Notes: generated by a model not told the origin, from the letters alone. DNA of 64,000 nucleotides from Fervidobacterium sp. UBA5837 (GCA_002432805.1 DJGV01000001.1:100218-164217); one strand, 5' to 3'. Shown: positions 8,981 through 18,795, numbered from the stretch's first letter. Numbers and translations are program-made.

Positions 8981-10285
8981 CTAAAATTTCAACCCTCTCA
9001 GAGCAAAAGGTACTTTCCCTTTTTTGAACATCTTCATGAGCTTTTTCATTTCTTCATATGACTTGAGCAGCTTATTTATATCTTGGACCGTCGTTCCACT
9101 TCCAAATGCTATTCTTTTCTTCCTGCTTGCATTTATTATATCCGGATTGTTTCTCTCTTGTGGCGTCATTGAATTTATTATCGCCTCAACCCTTTTTAGT
9201 TCCTTCTCACTCGTATTTATATCGATTTGTGGTGCCCCTGGAAGTGCTTCTAAAATCTTGTCCATACCAAGCTTCTTGATCTCTTTTATCTGTTCTTTGA
9301 AATCTTCGAGTGTAAATTCTGCTCTTATGAACTTCTCGCCCATCTTTTCCATCTTTTCTTGATCGAGCTCTTTCTCAACTCTATCTATCAAAGAGAGCAC
9401 ATCACCAAGTCCAAGTATCCTGCTTGCCATCCTATCTGGATAAAATTCATCGAAATCATCTATCTTCTCGCCAACTCCAACAAATTTAATAGGTTTACCA
9501 GTTATGTGTCTTATTGTGAGAATGACACCACCGCGTGAGTCTCCATCGAGTTTTGTAACAACAAAACCTGTTACGCCAAGTCTATCGTTGAATACCTTAC
9601 CTGAGTTGACTGCATCTTGACCGGCCATAGCATCAACTGTCAATAATATCTCGTCTGGGTTGACGAGTGCTTTGATATCGTCTAGTTCTTTCATCATTTC
9701 ATCGTCTATGTGCAAACGTCCTGCCGTATCGAGTATGACAACATCATAACCACTATCTCTTACAGTCTTCATAGCTTCTTCAACTATCTTTATGGCATTT
9801 TTTCGATCCCCTGCTACAACAGGTACACCTATTTTCTTTCCCAAGGTTTCAAGTTGATCAATTGCAGCGGGTCTATACGTATCCGCGGCTACCAATATAG
9901 GGTGTTTACCTTGTCTCTTTAAATAATTTGCAATCTTTGCAGCGCTTGTTGTTTTACCAGTACCTTGCAATCCAACCATCATGACATATGAAGGCCTGTG
10001 TATAAGCTTGAAAGATTCTTTCTCACCTAGAAGCGCTATCAGTTCATCCCTAATGATCTTGATGAACATCTGATCAGGTGTGAGTGATTTCAGTACCTCC
10101 TCGCCTAATGCTCGCTTTTTTACATTTTCAACGAATTCTTTCACAACTTTATAGTTGACATCTGCTGCTAAAAGAGAGTTCTTAACTACCTGTATAGCTT
10201 CTTCTACATTTCGTTCTGAGATTTTTCCTTTTCCAGAAAGTATTTTAAACGCACCTGACAACTTATCTCGAAGCCCTTCGAACAT
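8981..10285 (-). CDS. ffh: Signal recognition particle protein Ffh
   Basis: GLQGTGKTT, DTAGRLH, TKLDGD. Met-rich M domain at the C-terminus. Confidence 0.96.
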   Translation of the reverse strand: MFEGLRDKLSGAFKILSGKGKISERNVEEAIQVVKNSLLAADVNYKVVKEFVENVKKRALGEEVLKSLTPDQMFIKIIRDELIALLGEKESFKLIHRPSYVMMVGLQGTGKTTSAAKIANYLKRQGKHPILVAADTYRPAAIDQLETLGKKIGVPVVAGDRKNAIKIVEEAMKTVRDSGYDVVILDTAGRLHIDDEMMKELDDIKALVNPDEILLTVDAMAGQDAVNSGKVFNDRLGVTGFVVTKLDGDSRGGVILTIRHITGKPIKFVGVGEKIDDFDEFYPDRMASRILGLGDVLSLIDRVEKELDQEKMEKMGEKFIRAEFTLEDFKEQIKEIKKLGMDKILEALPGAPQIDINTSEKELKRVEAIINSMTPQERNNPDIINASRKKRIAFGSGTTVQDINKLLKSYEEMKKLMKMFKKGKVPFALRGLKF

Positions 10286-10555
10286 CGAATCACCTCGCTG
10301 TTTGATTCACACTTGTTATATCTTACTATATTGAGCCGAAAAATCAATTAAATCACAACGACCCTTGAAACGATTGAGAAAAATATGTGTGAATACTATG
10401 TTTCACATATGATGTGTGTTAACTTAATGCACATGTTAAAAGTTACACTAGTGTAATATACTTGTTCTGACCCGATTTTTTCGTTTCTCATTTGGTGTCT
10501 ATCACTATCTTGCACCCATCATGGCTTTACTTTTGATTTGTAGTGATATAATATC

Positions 10556-10851
10556 ATGTACGCTTGGGCCTTATTCTTCTGTGTTCTTGCAGCGTTTAAC
10601 CAGCGATGTGCTGGTATCTGAATTGCTTAAGAAAACTGGAGGTAATAAAGTGTGGGAGAAGAATTATGGTGGTGAATACAACCAGATTGCTTGCAGGTGG
10701 AATGTACGATGATGTAGGCTATTTTGGTCAACAAACAGGTGATGGTGGATACATTATTTGTGGATATACACAATCTTTTGATTCAACACATCTTGGAGAT
10801 GTTTACATGATAAGAACGGATGAAAATGGAAATACAGGACCAAATCCATGA
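10556..10851 (+). pseudogene. Decayed remnant of a secreted repeat protein; signal peptide and repeat fragments are split over three frames
   Basis: Frame a: MYAWALFFCVLAAFNQRCAGI-stop. Frame b: GGNKVWEKNYGGEYNQ. Frame c: DDVGYFGQQTGDGGYIICGYTQSFDSTHLGDVYMIRTDENGNTG-stop. The W.K.YGG...D.G....QT.DGGYI..GYT.SF pattern is continuous only if two frameshifts are assumed. Confidence 0.4.
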
Positions 10852-11022
10852 CGAATTAGCTTAATATTTCAATACGCAGATTATGTGAGTTAAATTGTAT
10901 TTTATGATGTCTAACATGAAATACACTAGAAACAATTTTAGAAAGCACAGATGATGCAAATTGATGAAATTGAACTTTGCATGTTATAATGTTAATAGAT
11001 TCTAATTGAAGGGTGTGATTTT

Positions 11023-11445
11023 ATGGGAATTAAGGTCGGAGATAAGGTAAAAGTTCATTACACAGGTTCATTTGAAGATGGGCAGATGTTTGATTCATCC
11101 ATTGATAGAGATCCACTAGAATTTGTTGTCGGGGCAGGTCAGGTTATACCAGGTTTTGAGGAAGCTATAATCGACATGGAAATTGGCGAAAAGAAGTCGT
11201 TTAGAATAGCTGCTGAGAAAGCATATGGCGTGATTCGCGATGATTTGAAGTTCTCGGTACAGCGTTCCATGTTGCCGGAAGATGTTCAAGTTGGGGATAT
11301 GTTAGAAGCACATCAACCAGATGGTAATGTTTTTGTCGTCAAAGTAGATGAGCTCAGTGATGTGTCCGCCGTACTCGATGCAAATCATCCGCTTGCTGGT
11401 AAAGATTTGATCTTTGATGTGGAGATAGTAGACGTAGTTTCGTAA
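11023..11445 (+). CDS. slyD: FKBP-type peptidyl-prolyl cis-trans isomerase (SlyD-like)
   Basis: VKVHYTGSFEDGQMFDSS...PLEFVVGAGQVIPGFEEAI..M..GEKK. Has an IF-domain-like insert and HPLAGKDL. Confidence 0.88.
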   Translation: MGIKVGDKVKVHYTGSFEDGQMFDSSIDRDPLEFVVGAGQVIPGFEEAIIDMEIGEKKSFRIAAEKAYGVIRDDLKFSVQRSMLPEDVQVGDMLEAHQPDGNVFVVKVDELSDVSAVLDANHPLAGKDLIFDVEIVDVVS

Positions 11446-11929
11446 ATTTTGATTTAGTTGATAACATTGTGAGAGTGTGCTTTGTTGTTGAAGAAACTTA
11501 CGCATACGTAACCGAGGGAAGTTTTCAAATGGATTTAAATGCTAATAGAAAATATGCTAGATGTGACATTCGATGTGGCACATCTGGTGTGTCAGTAATA
11601 GGATCGCTCATTTTCTTGTAAACTGTCTAAAAAGTTAGTATACAGAATTTTCTATCTCAATTCACGTATGTTATCCATTCTTGCGCAATTATTTTTCATC
11701 AGAAAGTCAAAAATCACCCATGAATTCTTGATCAAAAAGCCGTATATGTTTCTAGCTAGCAACAAGATAACAGTTTCAATTCCTTTTGAAGTTAGCTTGT
11801 TTAAATATTACTATCTGAGGGTTGGTAAACCATTCACAATTTTTGGTTGTAAAGTAGTTTTTGTATCGAATAATTTATTCGTTATTGCGCAGTTGAGTAG
11901 TACCATTTTATAGAATCAGAGGTGATTGT

Positions 11930-12703
11930 GTGCCATATAAATTCATAGCTGTAGATATCGGCGACGATATAGATATCAAGAAATTGATGTCTGAGAAGTT
12001 GTCGTACGTTGAATACGTAAGATGGGAAGAGCCCTTCAAATTTAAGTATGGTGAGGGTATGATTTTTGTCTATTCCTTTGGTGCCGTGGTGGGGCAGAAT
12101 GTGTCAGCTAAGCAATTTAGTTCTCTTATTTCTGAATTTGATGACTACGTTATAGGCTCAGTAAAGCATAGTGCTCCAGATAATTTAGAAGTCACGCAAG
12201 GCAAAGACAGAGAGATAGAAGTATCACAAAATACCGTTTATTTACCAAGGGTGGATGACGGTGCACTTTCGACAATCGCGTTTGTTTTAGCTCAAAGTAT
12301 CTCACTACATAGAATAGAGCAAAAAACTGAGTTTTTGATAGATGAAATCGAAAAATTTTTGTCTGCACGTCGTAAAAGAGCAAGAGGGAAGAAAGCCCTT
12401 GACCTTGCGATGAAGATACTGAAAACAAGGCATGAAATACTTTCTGACGTTATGATATTGGATAAGCCTGAGATGGCTTGGGAAAATGAAATGTATAACG
12501 AGGTTTATCAGAAATTGACAAGATACTACGAAATTTCCAGAAGGTATAAGAATGTTACAACAAAACTGGACCATGCGTTTGGTGTGACAACTGTGCTGAT
12601 AGAACTTCACAGCGAGAGTAAAGCAAATTTCTTAGAATGGATGGTAATATTGCTCTTCGTTGTAGAAATACTGATGAGCCTTTTCGAAAGGTTTTTCCCT
12701 TGA
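11930..12703 (+). CDS. RMD1/DUF155 family protein with a C-terminal TM helix
   Basis: GTG after AGAGGTGA. VFVYSFGAVVGQNV and overall layout typical of DUF155 (COG1723). C-terminal WMVILLFVVEILMSLF. Confidence 0.6.
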   Translation: MPYKFIAVDIGDDIDIKKLMSEKLSYVEYVRWEEPFKFKYGEGMIFVYSFGAVVGQNVSAKQFSSLISEFDDYVIGSVKHSAPDNLEVTQGKDREIEVSQNTVYLPRVDDGALSTIAFVLAQSISLHRIEQKTEFLIDEIEKFLSARRKRARGKKALDLAMKILKTRHEILSDVMILDKPEMAWENEMYNEVYQKLTRYYEISRRYKNVTTKLDHAFGVTTVLIELHSESKANFLEWMVILLFVVEILMSLFERFFP

Positions 12704-12781
12704 AACTTCTTAACACTCATTTACACGAAAAGTAGTATAATAATTATTAGATAATCACACTTTACAAGAGGAGGGATTAGT

Positions 12782-14308
12782 ATGAAGAAGTTAGCAGTAT
12801 TTACTTTCTTGGTTATGTCTTTATTTGCGTTCGCAGTTAACATCACTGTTTTTCACATCAACGATACTCATGCACATGCTTGGCCATTTGCAGATTCAAC
12901 CGGCAACATGATCGGTGGATTTTCAACAATAGCAACGATGATCGATGCAGAAAGAAAGGTGAATCCGAACGTCTTATTCCTTCATGCAGGCGATATAAAT
13001 ACCGGTGTTCCAGAATCAGACTTGGTTGATGCAGCGGCTGATATTCTGTCGCTCAACAGGATGAAACTCGATGCGGCAGCTGTAGGTAACCACGAATTCG
13101 ATAAATCAAGAGATGTTCTCAAAAAGCAGATATCATGGGCAAAGTTTGACTTTATTAGTGCAAATATTTACAAAGACGGTGAACCATTCTTTACACCATA
13201 CATCATAAAAGAAGTGGATGGAGTCAAAGTCGCAATAGTTGGGTTCACTACGGAACATACAAAGATATTAGAAAATGTCTACAGTGAAGACTTGGAATTC
13301 AAAAATGTTGTTGAAGTTGCAAGACAGATAATTCCAGAAATCAGAAAGCAAGCAGATGTTGTCATTGCGTTGACACATCTTGGCGTTGGTCAAGGATATT
13401 CTGATCTTTACACAACAGCGGATCAACTTGCACAAAACGTTGAAGGCATAGATCTAATAATCGATGGCCACAGCCACACAAATATGACAAGTCCAATGGT
13501 TGTGAATGGCGTACCGATTGTTCAAGCGTTTGAATGGGGAAAAGTACTTGGTAGAGCAGACATAGAAGTTGAAAATGGCAAAGTTGTTAAGATTGATTGG
13601 CAAGCAATTCCTGTAGTGCAATCTAAGTTAGTTGGCAAAGACGAAGCAGGAAACAACGTTTATCAGACAGTTGCAAAAGAGAACTTGGCGGTAAAATCGG
13701 TGCTTAGTTATTTTAAACAATTGGGTGGTTCAAAGTTGGATACAGTTATTGGAACAACGCAAATTCTGCTCAATGGCGAGAGAGCAGATGTACGAGCAAA
13801 GACAACTAATCTTGCAAACTTAATTGCTGACTCTATGATTTGGAAAACAGGTGCCGATGTCGCTTTGACAAATGGTGGCGGTATTAGAGCATCGATAAAA
13901 CCAGGTAATATAACTATAAGAGATGTTTTGACGGTTTTACCATTCGGAAACACGCTTTATGTTATTGAATTGAAGGGTTCAGATCTTCAAAAGGCCTTTG
14001 AATATGCTGCAACAGTTCCTAATGGACAAGGCGCATTTCTCCAAGTTGGAGACGCAACTTGGAAAGCTGAAGGTGGGAAGCTCACAGAGGTACTTGTCGG
14101 TGGAAAGCCAATAGACCCAGAAAAGATATACAAAGTTGTTACGAATGATTATATGGCCAGCGGCGGAGATGGATACACAGTGTTGAAGGGCCAACCAGGT
14201 TACAACACGTTCTACGTCATGGCCGATGTTCTGACAGAATACATACAGAAAGTGCTCGGTGGAAACGTAACCAATTATGATGACAAGCCAAGAGTTGAAA
14301 GAAAATAG
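12782..14308 (+). CDS. Secreted bifunctional metallophosphatase / 5'-nucleotidase (UshA family)
   Basis: Signal peptide. Motifs HINDTHAH, GDINTG, GNHEFD, THLG, DGHSH, and the C-terminal 5'-nucleotidase domain (NGGGIRA). Confidence 0.9.
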   Translation: MKKLAVFTFLVMSLFAFAVNITVFHINDTHAHAWPFADSTGNMIGGFSTIATMIDAERKVNPNVLFLHAGDINTGVPESDLVDAAADILSLNRMKLDAAAVGNHEFDKSRDVLKKQISWAKFDFISANIYKDGEPFFTPYIIKEVDGVKVAIVGFTTEHTKILENVYSEDLEFKNVVEVARQIIPEIRKQADVVIALTHLGVGQGYSDLYTTADQLAQNVEGIDLIIDGHSHTNMTSPMVVNGVPIVQAFEWGKVLGRADIEVENGKVVKIDWQAIPVVQSKLVGKDEAGNNVYQTVAKENLAVKSVLSYFKQLGGSKLDTVIGTTQILLNGERADVRAKTTNLANLIADSMIWKTGADVALTNGGGIRASIKPGNITIRDVLTVLPFGNTLYVIELKGSDLQKAFEYAATVPNGQGAFLQVGDATWKAEGGKLTEVLVGGKPIDPEKIYKVVTNDYMASGGDGYTVLKGQPGYNTFYVMADVLTEYIQKVLGGNVTNYDDKPRVERK

Positions 14309-14340
14309 AGAAATAGCATAGTAATCAGTCTTTAAAAATA

Positions 14341-14372
14341 TTAGGGGCGGTTTTCCGCCCCTAATATTTTTT
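14341..14372 (+). terminator. Rho-independent terminator
   Basis: ttaggggcgg tttt ccgcccctaa followed by tatttttt. Confidence 0.85.
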
Positions 14373-14399
14373 CATTGGATGCTGTGTTGGCAATGTATG

Positions 14400-14428
14400 T
14401 TGTCAGTAATTGACACTTAGTGTATAAT
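14400..14428 (+). promoter_or_regulatory. Sigma-A-type promoter (TTGTCA-N17-TATAAT) overlapped by the palindrome TGTCAgtaatTGACA, a candidate NiaR operator
   Basis: ttgtca at 14400-14405, 17-nt spacer, tataat at 14423-14428. Perfect 5-bp inverted repeat at 14401-14415. About 70 nt upstream of the niaR GTG. Confidence 0.5.
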
Positions 14429-14497
14429 AAGATATATGTGCATGTACTTTTCTTGTCTGTAAGTGTAACACAGTCTATTTCTTTGGGGGGTGAAAAA

Positions 14498-14992
14498 GTG
14501 AATAGAAAGGCAGAGATCTCAGATTTACTCAAACGAACAAAGGCTCCAGTGAAGGGAAAAGAATTGGCAGAACGTTTTGGAGTGAGTAGGCAGATGATAG
14601 TATCAGATATAGCTCAACTCAGAGAAGAAGGGAACAAGATCGTTTCAACCAGGGATGGGTACATCTTGGATACTGGCGGTAGAGTGAGGAGAACCATAGC
14701 CTTTCAACATTCTTCAGAGGAGATTTATGAGGAGCTTCGAACAATTGTTGAAGCGGGTGGAAAAGTTATAGATGTCATCGTTGAACATCCTGTTTATGGT
14801 GAGTTAATAGGTCGCCTAGATGTATCAACGTTAGACGACGTAGAGAAGTTTGTTTCTCTACTTATATCCTCTAACACTAAACCTCTTTTGGAGATTTCAA
14901 ATGGCATACACCTCCATACGATAGAAGCACCAGACGAAACAACAATGGACAGAATACTCAATGTGATCGAGAAGTACAGACTTAGGAGATAA
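14498..14992 (+). CDS. niaR: NAD-metabolism transcriptional repressor NiaR (HTH + 3H domain)
   Basis: GTG after GGGGGGTGA. HTH at GKELAERFGVSRQMIVSDIAQLREEG. 3H-domain histidines (FQHS.., VEHPVYGE, HLHTIE). Followed by pncA. Confidence 0.8.
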   Translation: MNRKAEISDLLKRTKAPVKGKELAERFGVSRQMIVSDIAQLREEGNKIVSTRDGYILDTGGRVRRTIAFQHSSEEIYEELRTIVEAGGKVIDVIVEHPVYGELIGRLDVSTLDDVEKFVSLLISSNTKPLLEISNGIHLHTIEAPDETTMDRILNVIEKYRLRR

Positions 14993-15034
14993 ACGCTAAT
15001 AACATATTAAAATGTTGAAATGAGGTGAAAAAAC

Positions 15035-15559
15035 GTGAGAGCATTACTTATCGTAGATTTACAAAACGACTTTGCAAAACCCGGTGGCGCATTGTATTTC
15101 CCAGGCGCTGAGAATGTGATACCCCCGATAGTTGAACTTGTGGAGAGATTCAAATCCAACGGTCTGCCGATAATTTATACACGAGATTGGCATGAAGATA
15201 ACGATTACGAATTTACCGTATGGGGTACTCACTGTCTCCATAATTCAGAAGGTAGCGAGATAGTAAGTGAGCTTAGCATGTCTTTGAAAGATTATGACAA
15301 CGTCTACGAAATTAAGAAGAGCAGATATTCCGCATTTTACCAAACCAATCTTGAAGATATTCTGGCAAGTATGGATGTAGATGAAGTGCATGTTGGAGGA
15401 CTTGTAACACACATCTGCGTACTTTTTACCGTTGAGGAACTACGAAACAGAGGTATAAAGGCATATGTCCACTCAGAATGTGTTGATAGTTTCGATAAAT
15501 CCATGCATGAATTTGCTTTGAAAGAGATGAAAGAAGTATTATTAGCGAATGTTATCTGA
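15035..15559 (+). CDS. pncA: Nicotinamidase / isochorismatase-family hydrolase
   Basis: ALLIVDLQNDF, TRDWH, catalytic Cys in GLVTHICV. niaR is its neighbour. Confidence 0.85.
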   Translation: MRALLIVDLQNDFAKPGGALYFPGAENVIPPIVELVERFKSNGLPIIYTRDWHEDNDYEFTVWGTHCLHNSEGSEIVSELSMSLKDYDNVYEIKKSRYSAFYQTNLEDILASMDVDEVHVGGLVTHICVLFTVEELRNRGIKAYVHSECVDSFDKSMHEFALKEMKEVLLANVI

Positions 15560-15819
15560 AAATCAAGAGCGATACGCAAGTTTACGCATGCTGACGGGAA
15601 ACTATGCAAAACTTGTTCGATATGTTTTGGTATATTAATGTAAATTTAACTGAACGAGTCAAAAGATGTGTTAAACTAATCATCGTTGAGAAAGACTTAG
15701 ATCCCTTTCATCTTGCTACTCTAAATGGATTCTATCCCTTTTGAAGGTAAGAAAAAAGAGTTAAGCAAGGAAAGGGATAAATCCACCAAGTGGCGAGAAG
15801 AAAGAGGAGGAACTTAAGA

Positions 15820-17469
15820 ATGGAAGATAAGAGTAAGACGTATGAAAGCTTTAAAGATTTCGGTTTAAGCGAAGATTTGTTGTTGGCGGTCGAAAAGAAG
15901 GGATACACAACTCCAACAGAAATTCAGAGTTTAGTTATACCCATTGCACTTTCGACTGACAAAGATATAATCGCTCAAGCAAAAACAGGAACAGGAAAGA
16001 CCGCAGCTTTCGGAATTCCTATATTGCAAAAGGTAGAATTTCGAAAGAGTAAGGCTCCAAAGGTACTGATAATTACGCCAACAAGAGAACTTGCTCTGCA
16101 GATTTCCGATGAGCTCAAGAGTTTAAAGGGTAGTAGAAGAATTAGAATTTCAACTGTTTACGGTGGACATTCGATGACTGATCAGTTAAAAGACATGGAA
16201 AAAGGAATTGATATAGTTGTTGGAACTCCCGGAAGGCTACTTGACCACTTGGGCCGTGAGAGTTTAGACCTATCGAGTATTGAATACCTTGTGCTAGATG
16301 AAGCTGATCGAATGTTAGACATGGGATTCATCGACGATATTATGGAAATAATCAGCAAACTTCCAAAAGAAAGACGCACATTCCTATTTTCAGCTACTAT
16401 GCCAAAGGAAATAGTCAATATTGCTGAAAAGTTCATGAAAGAATATGAACATATATCTACGGTTACGTATGACTTAACAACGGAAAATGCAGAACAGCTA
16501 TACTTTGAGGTCGAAGAGCAGGACAAATTACCATTACTGTGCAGGATAATAGATATGGCCCCAGATTTTTACGGCTTAGTTTTCTGCCAAACAAAGTTGG
16601 AAGTGGATGAAGTCTCAAAGAGATTATCGGATCTTGGTTATAGTGCAGATGGATTTCACGGAGATTATTCTCAATACCAGAGAGAGAGAGTACTGGATAA
16701 ATTCAAGAAAAAGAATTTAAGGATTCTTGTCACAACCGACGTTGCAGCGCGTGGTATAGACATTGATGGTTTAACACATGTCATAAACTATTCTGTACCA
16801 AGAGATCCAGAGTACTACGTACATAGAGTTGGAAGAACGGGAAGAGCAGGGAAGAAAGGATTTGCGATAACATTTGTAACAAGAGACGATTATTTCCATT
16901 TTGCAAGAGTAAAGAAATTTGCTAAAGCTAGGATATCAAAAGAAAAGATACCTCAAGTAGAAGACATAATGCAACGACAACTTCAAAACGTGATAAATGA
17001 CATAACAAATATGCCGCGTATTTCGAATGAGTTGTACAGAGATGTTGCAAAGGAACTTATAGAAAAGATGGGACCAACTGGTGCAGTTGAATTGCTCATA
17101 CATGCTTTGCTGAAAGAGAGAATAGACGTAAATAGATACGGTGATTTAATTCAAAGAGATTTTTCAAGGGGTAGCTCATCGAATAGTAAGAGTGATACTA
17201 TAAGATTATTTGTAGGTATGGGTACTGCAAAGGGTATCGATAAGAAAAAGTTGATAGAGTATATCTCGGAAAAGACTGGAATAGAGTCTAGGAACATCCA
17301 AAACGTGAGAGTCTATGAGAATTTCTCTTTCATCGATGTAAACGAATTTGATGCACAGATAATACTCAAAATACTTAATCCAAGGGATAGAAGAGGAAGA
17401 AAAGGTAAACCATTAGTAGAACGTGCAAGAGAAAAGAAAACTGAGAAAAGCCAAAAAACAAATGCGTAG
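15820..17469 (+). CDS. deaD: DEAD-box ATP-dependent RNA helicase with a DbpA-type C-terminal RNA-binding domain
   Basis: ATG 8 nt after AGGAGG. Motifs F..F.L (Q motif), AKTGTGKT, PTRELA, DEAD, SAT, HRVGRTGRAG. C-terminal IRLFVGMG...VYENFSFIDV plus a basic tail. Confidence 0.93.
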   Translation: MEDKSKTYESFKDFGLSEDLLLAVEKKGYTTPTEIQSLVIPIALSTDKDIIAQAKTGTGKTAAFGIPILQKVEFRKSKAPKVLIITPTRELALQISDELKSLKGSRRIRISTVYGGHSMTDQLKDMEKGIDIVVGTPGRLLDHLGRESLDLSSIEYLVLDEADRMLDMGFIDDIMEIISKLPKERRTFLFSATMPKEIVNIAEKFMKEYEHISTVTYDLTTENAEQLYFEVEEQDKLPLLCRIIDMAPDFYGLVFCQTKLEVDEVSKRLSDLGYSADGFHGDYSQYQRERVLDKFKKKNLRILVTTDVAARGIDIDGLTHVINYSVPRDPEYYVHRVGRTGRAGKKGFAITFVTRDDYFHFARVKKFAKARISKEKIPQVEDIMQRQLQNVINDITNMPRISNELYRDVAKELIEKMGPTGAVELLIHALLKERIDVNRYGDLIQRDFSRGSSSNSKSDTIRLFVGMGTAKGIDKKKLIEYISEKTGIESRNIQNVRVYENFSFIDVNEFDAQIILKILNPRDRRGRKGKPLVERAREKKTEKSQKTNA

Positions 17470-17530
17470 AATAGACTGTATAAAAATGAGTCTCTGCATT
17501 ATTGATGAAATGACTGTTAGACATTAGTTA

Positions 17531-17560
17531 AAAAAGCTTGCCAGTTGGCAAGCTTTTTTA
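17531..17560. terminator. Bidirectional rho-independent terminator
   Basis: aaaaagcttgcc agtt ggcaagcttttt between convergent genes. Confidence 0.85.
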
Positions 17561-17577
17561 ATCTTCATCTTCGATGT

Positions 17578-18258
17578 TTAAAATTCGATGTATTCGCCAG
17601 ATTTCAATATTCTACATTCGACACCAAATTTCTCGATTTCAGCCTTGAATTCATCAGCATCAGCCCTTATTATATCCCAAGTGTTGTAGTGGATAGGAAC
17701 AACGATTTTGGGTTTGAACATTTCCACTGCCACTACAGCATCATCCACATCCATTACATAGTTTCCCCCTATTGGTAGGAAAGCTAAGTCAACATTTTTG
17801 AGTAATTCCATCTCTTTTGTTAGTCCTGTATCGCCTGCGTGGTATACCGTCTTTCCATCTGCGTTGATAAGAAAGCCACACGGATCACCACCGTAAATCA
17901 TGTTCTCACCATCGTTTATCCCCGAACCATGTAGAGCAGGTGTTAACTTTACCTTCCCGAATTCAAAGTAATAGGTACCTCCTATATGCATGGGATGCAC
18001 TCTACAACCTTTTAACTGTAAGTAACTACATATTTCCGCATTTGAAATCACAACAGAGTTGTACTTTTTGCTGAGTTCTACAGTATCACCTAAGTGATCA
18101 TTGTGACCATGTGTGACGAGTATATAATCAATTCGCGGTAATTTAAAATCATTTGGATACTTTGGGTTTCCTGTAATGAACGGATCTATTATTACATTGT
18201 ATCCATCTTCTATGTCTTCGAGTAAAACGACAGCGTGACCCAAAAACCTTACTCGCAT
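17578..18258 (-). CDS. Metal-dependent hydrolase, UPF0173 / metallo-beta-lactamase fold
   Basis: Start MRVRFLGHA sits 7 nt after [15 protein letters not shown] motif. Confidence 0.85.
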   Translation of the reverse strand: MRVRFLGHAVVLLEDIEDGYNVIIDPFITGNPKYPNDFKLPRIDYILVTHGHNDHLGDTVELSKKYNSVVISNAEICSYLQLKGCRVHPMHIGGTYYFEFGKVKLTPALHGSGINDGENMIYGGDPCGFLINADGKTVYHAGDTGLTKEMELLKNVDLAFLPIGGNYVMDVDDAVVAVEMFKPKIVVPIHYNTWDIIRADADEFKAEIEKFGVECRILKSGEYIEF

Positions 18259-18345
18259 TGAAAATCCCTCCTCATTTTTTGTGAATCTGCAAATTTCAAA
18301 GTGTAGATAAGATAAATCTTGAGATAACACAACAGTTATGCGTTG

Positions 18346-18795
18346 TCATTCGTACAGTACTGCTTTAATAACCGAAGGTTCCAAACGGAATATTGAACCT
18401 TTCCCTTGGAGAAAATGATGTTTTTCGAGCAAGTGTACGGAAAGATCACTGATCATGATTTGCTTTGAATTATTCAAATTCTTTATTGTAGCAACTCGCT
18501 TACTGAACATTCCATCTTTGAAGGGGCAAGGAATATTACCTCTAGCTTCATCAACTGTGATCTCCCATTTCTCAAAAGCAACGATATTCCCTAACCCTTT
18601 TGCTCCTTCTCTTAAAAGCTGCCTCAACTGCTTTGCAACTTCGGAGAAATCAAGATTTAGATGCGCAAACTCTTCCTCATCCGCTGTAACTATATCTACG
18701 ATATTTCTATCATCGTCTCCGAGAAATCCTTCAGCAGTTATTTTCCCGGGTTTCATGCTTTCTTGGGCACTTGCATATTCAGGAGTTAATTTCAT
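18346..18795 (-). CDS. Conserved hypothetical protein, co-directional with and downstream of nqrF
   Basis: ATG 6 nt after GAGGTGA. No motif I can assign. Features noted: NIPCPFKDG and SVHLLEKHHFLQGKGSIFRLEP. Confidence 0.6.
   Translation of the reverse strand: MKLTPEYASAQESMKPGKITAEGFLGDDDRNIVDIVTADEEEFAHLNLDFSEVAKQLRQLLREGAKGLGNIVAFEKWEITVDEARGNIPCPFKDGMFSKRVATIKNLNNSKQIMISDLSVHLLEKHHFLQGKGSIFRLEPSVIKAVLYE

Noticed and set aside
10388-10407. Inverted repeat TGTGAA-N8-TTCACA upstream of ffh that looks CRP/FNR-like
   Set aside because: The half-site spacing (TGTGA-N10-TCACA) does not fit the canonical N6 CRP/FNR spacing. The region is AT-rich, so short palindromes are expected by chance.
11668-11913. 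81-aa ORF in the slyD-DUF155 gap
   Set aside because: It has no Shine-Dalgarno sequence. Its AT-driven composition (F/I/K/L-rich) looks like translated non-coding DNA, and it runs directly into the RBS of the next gene.
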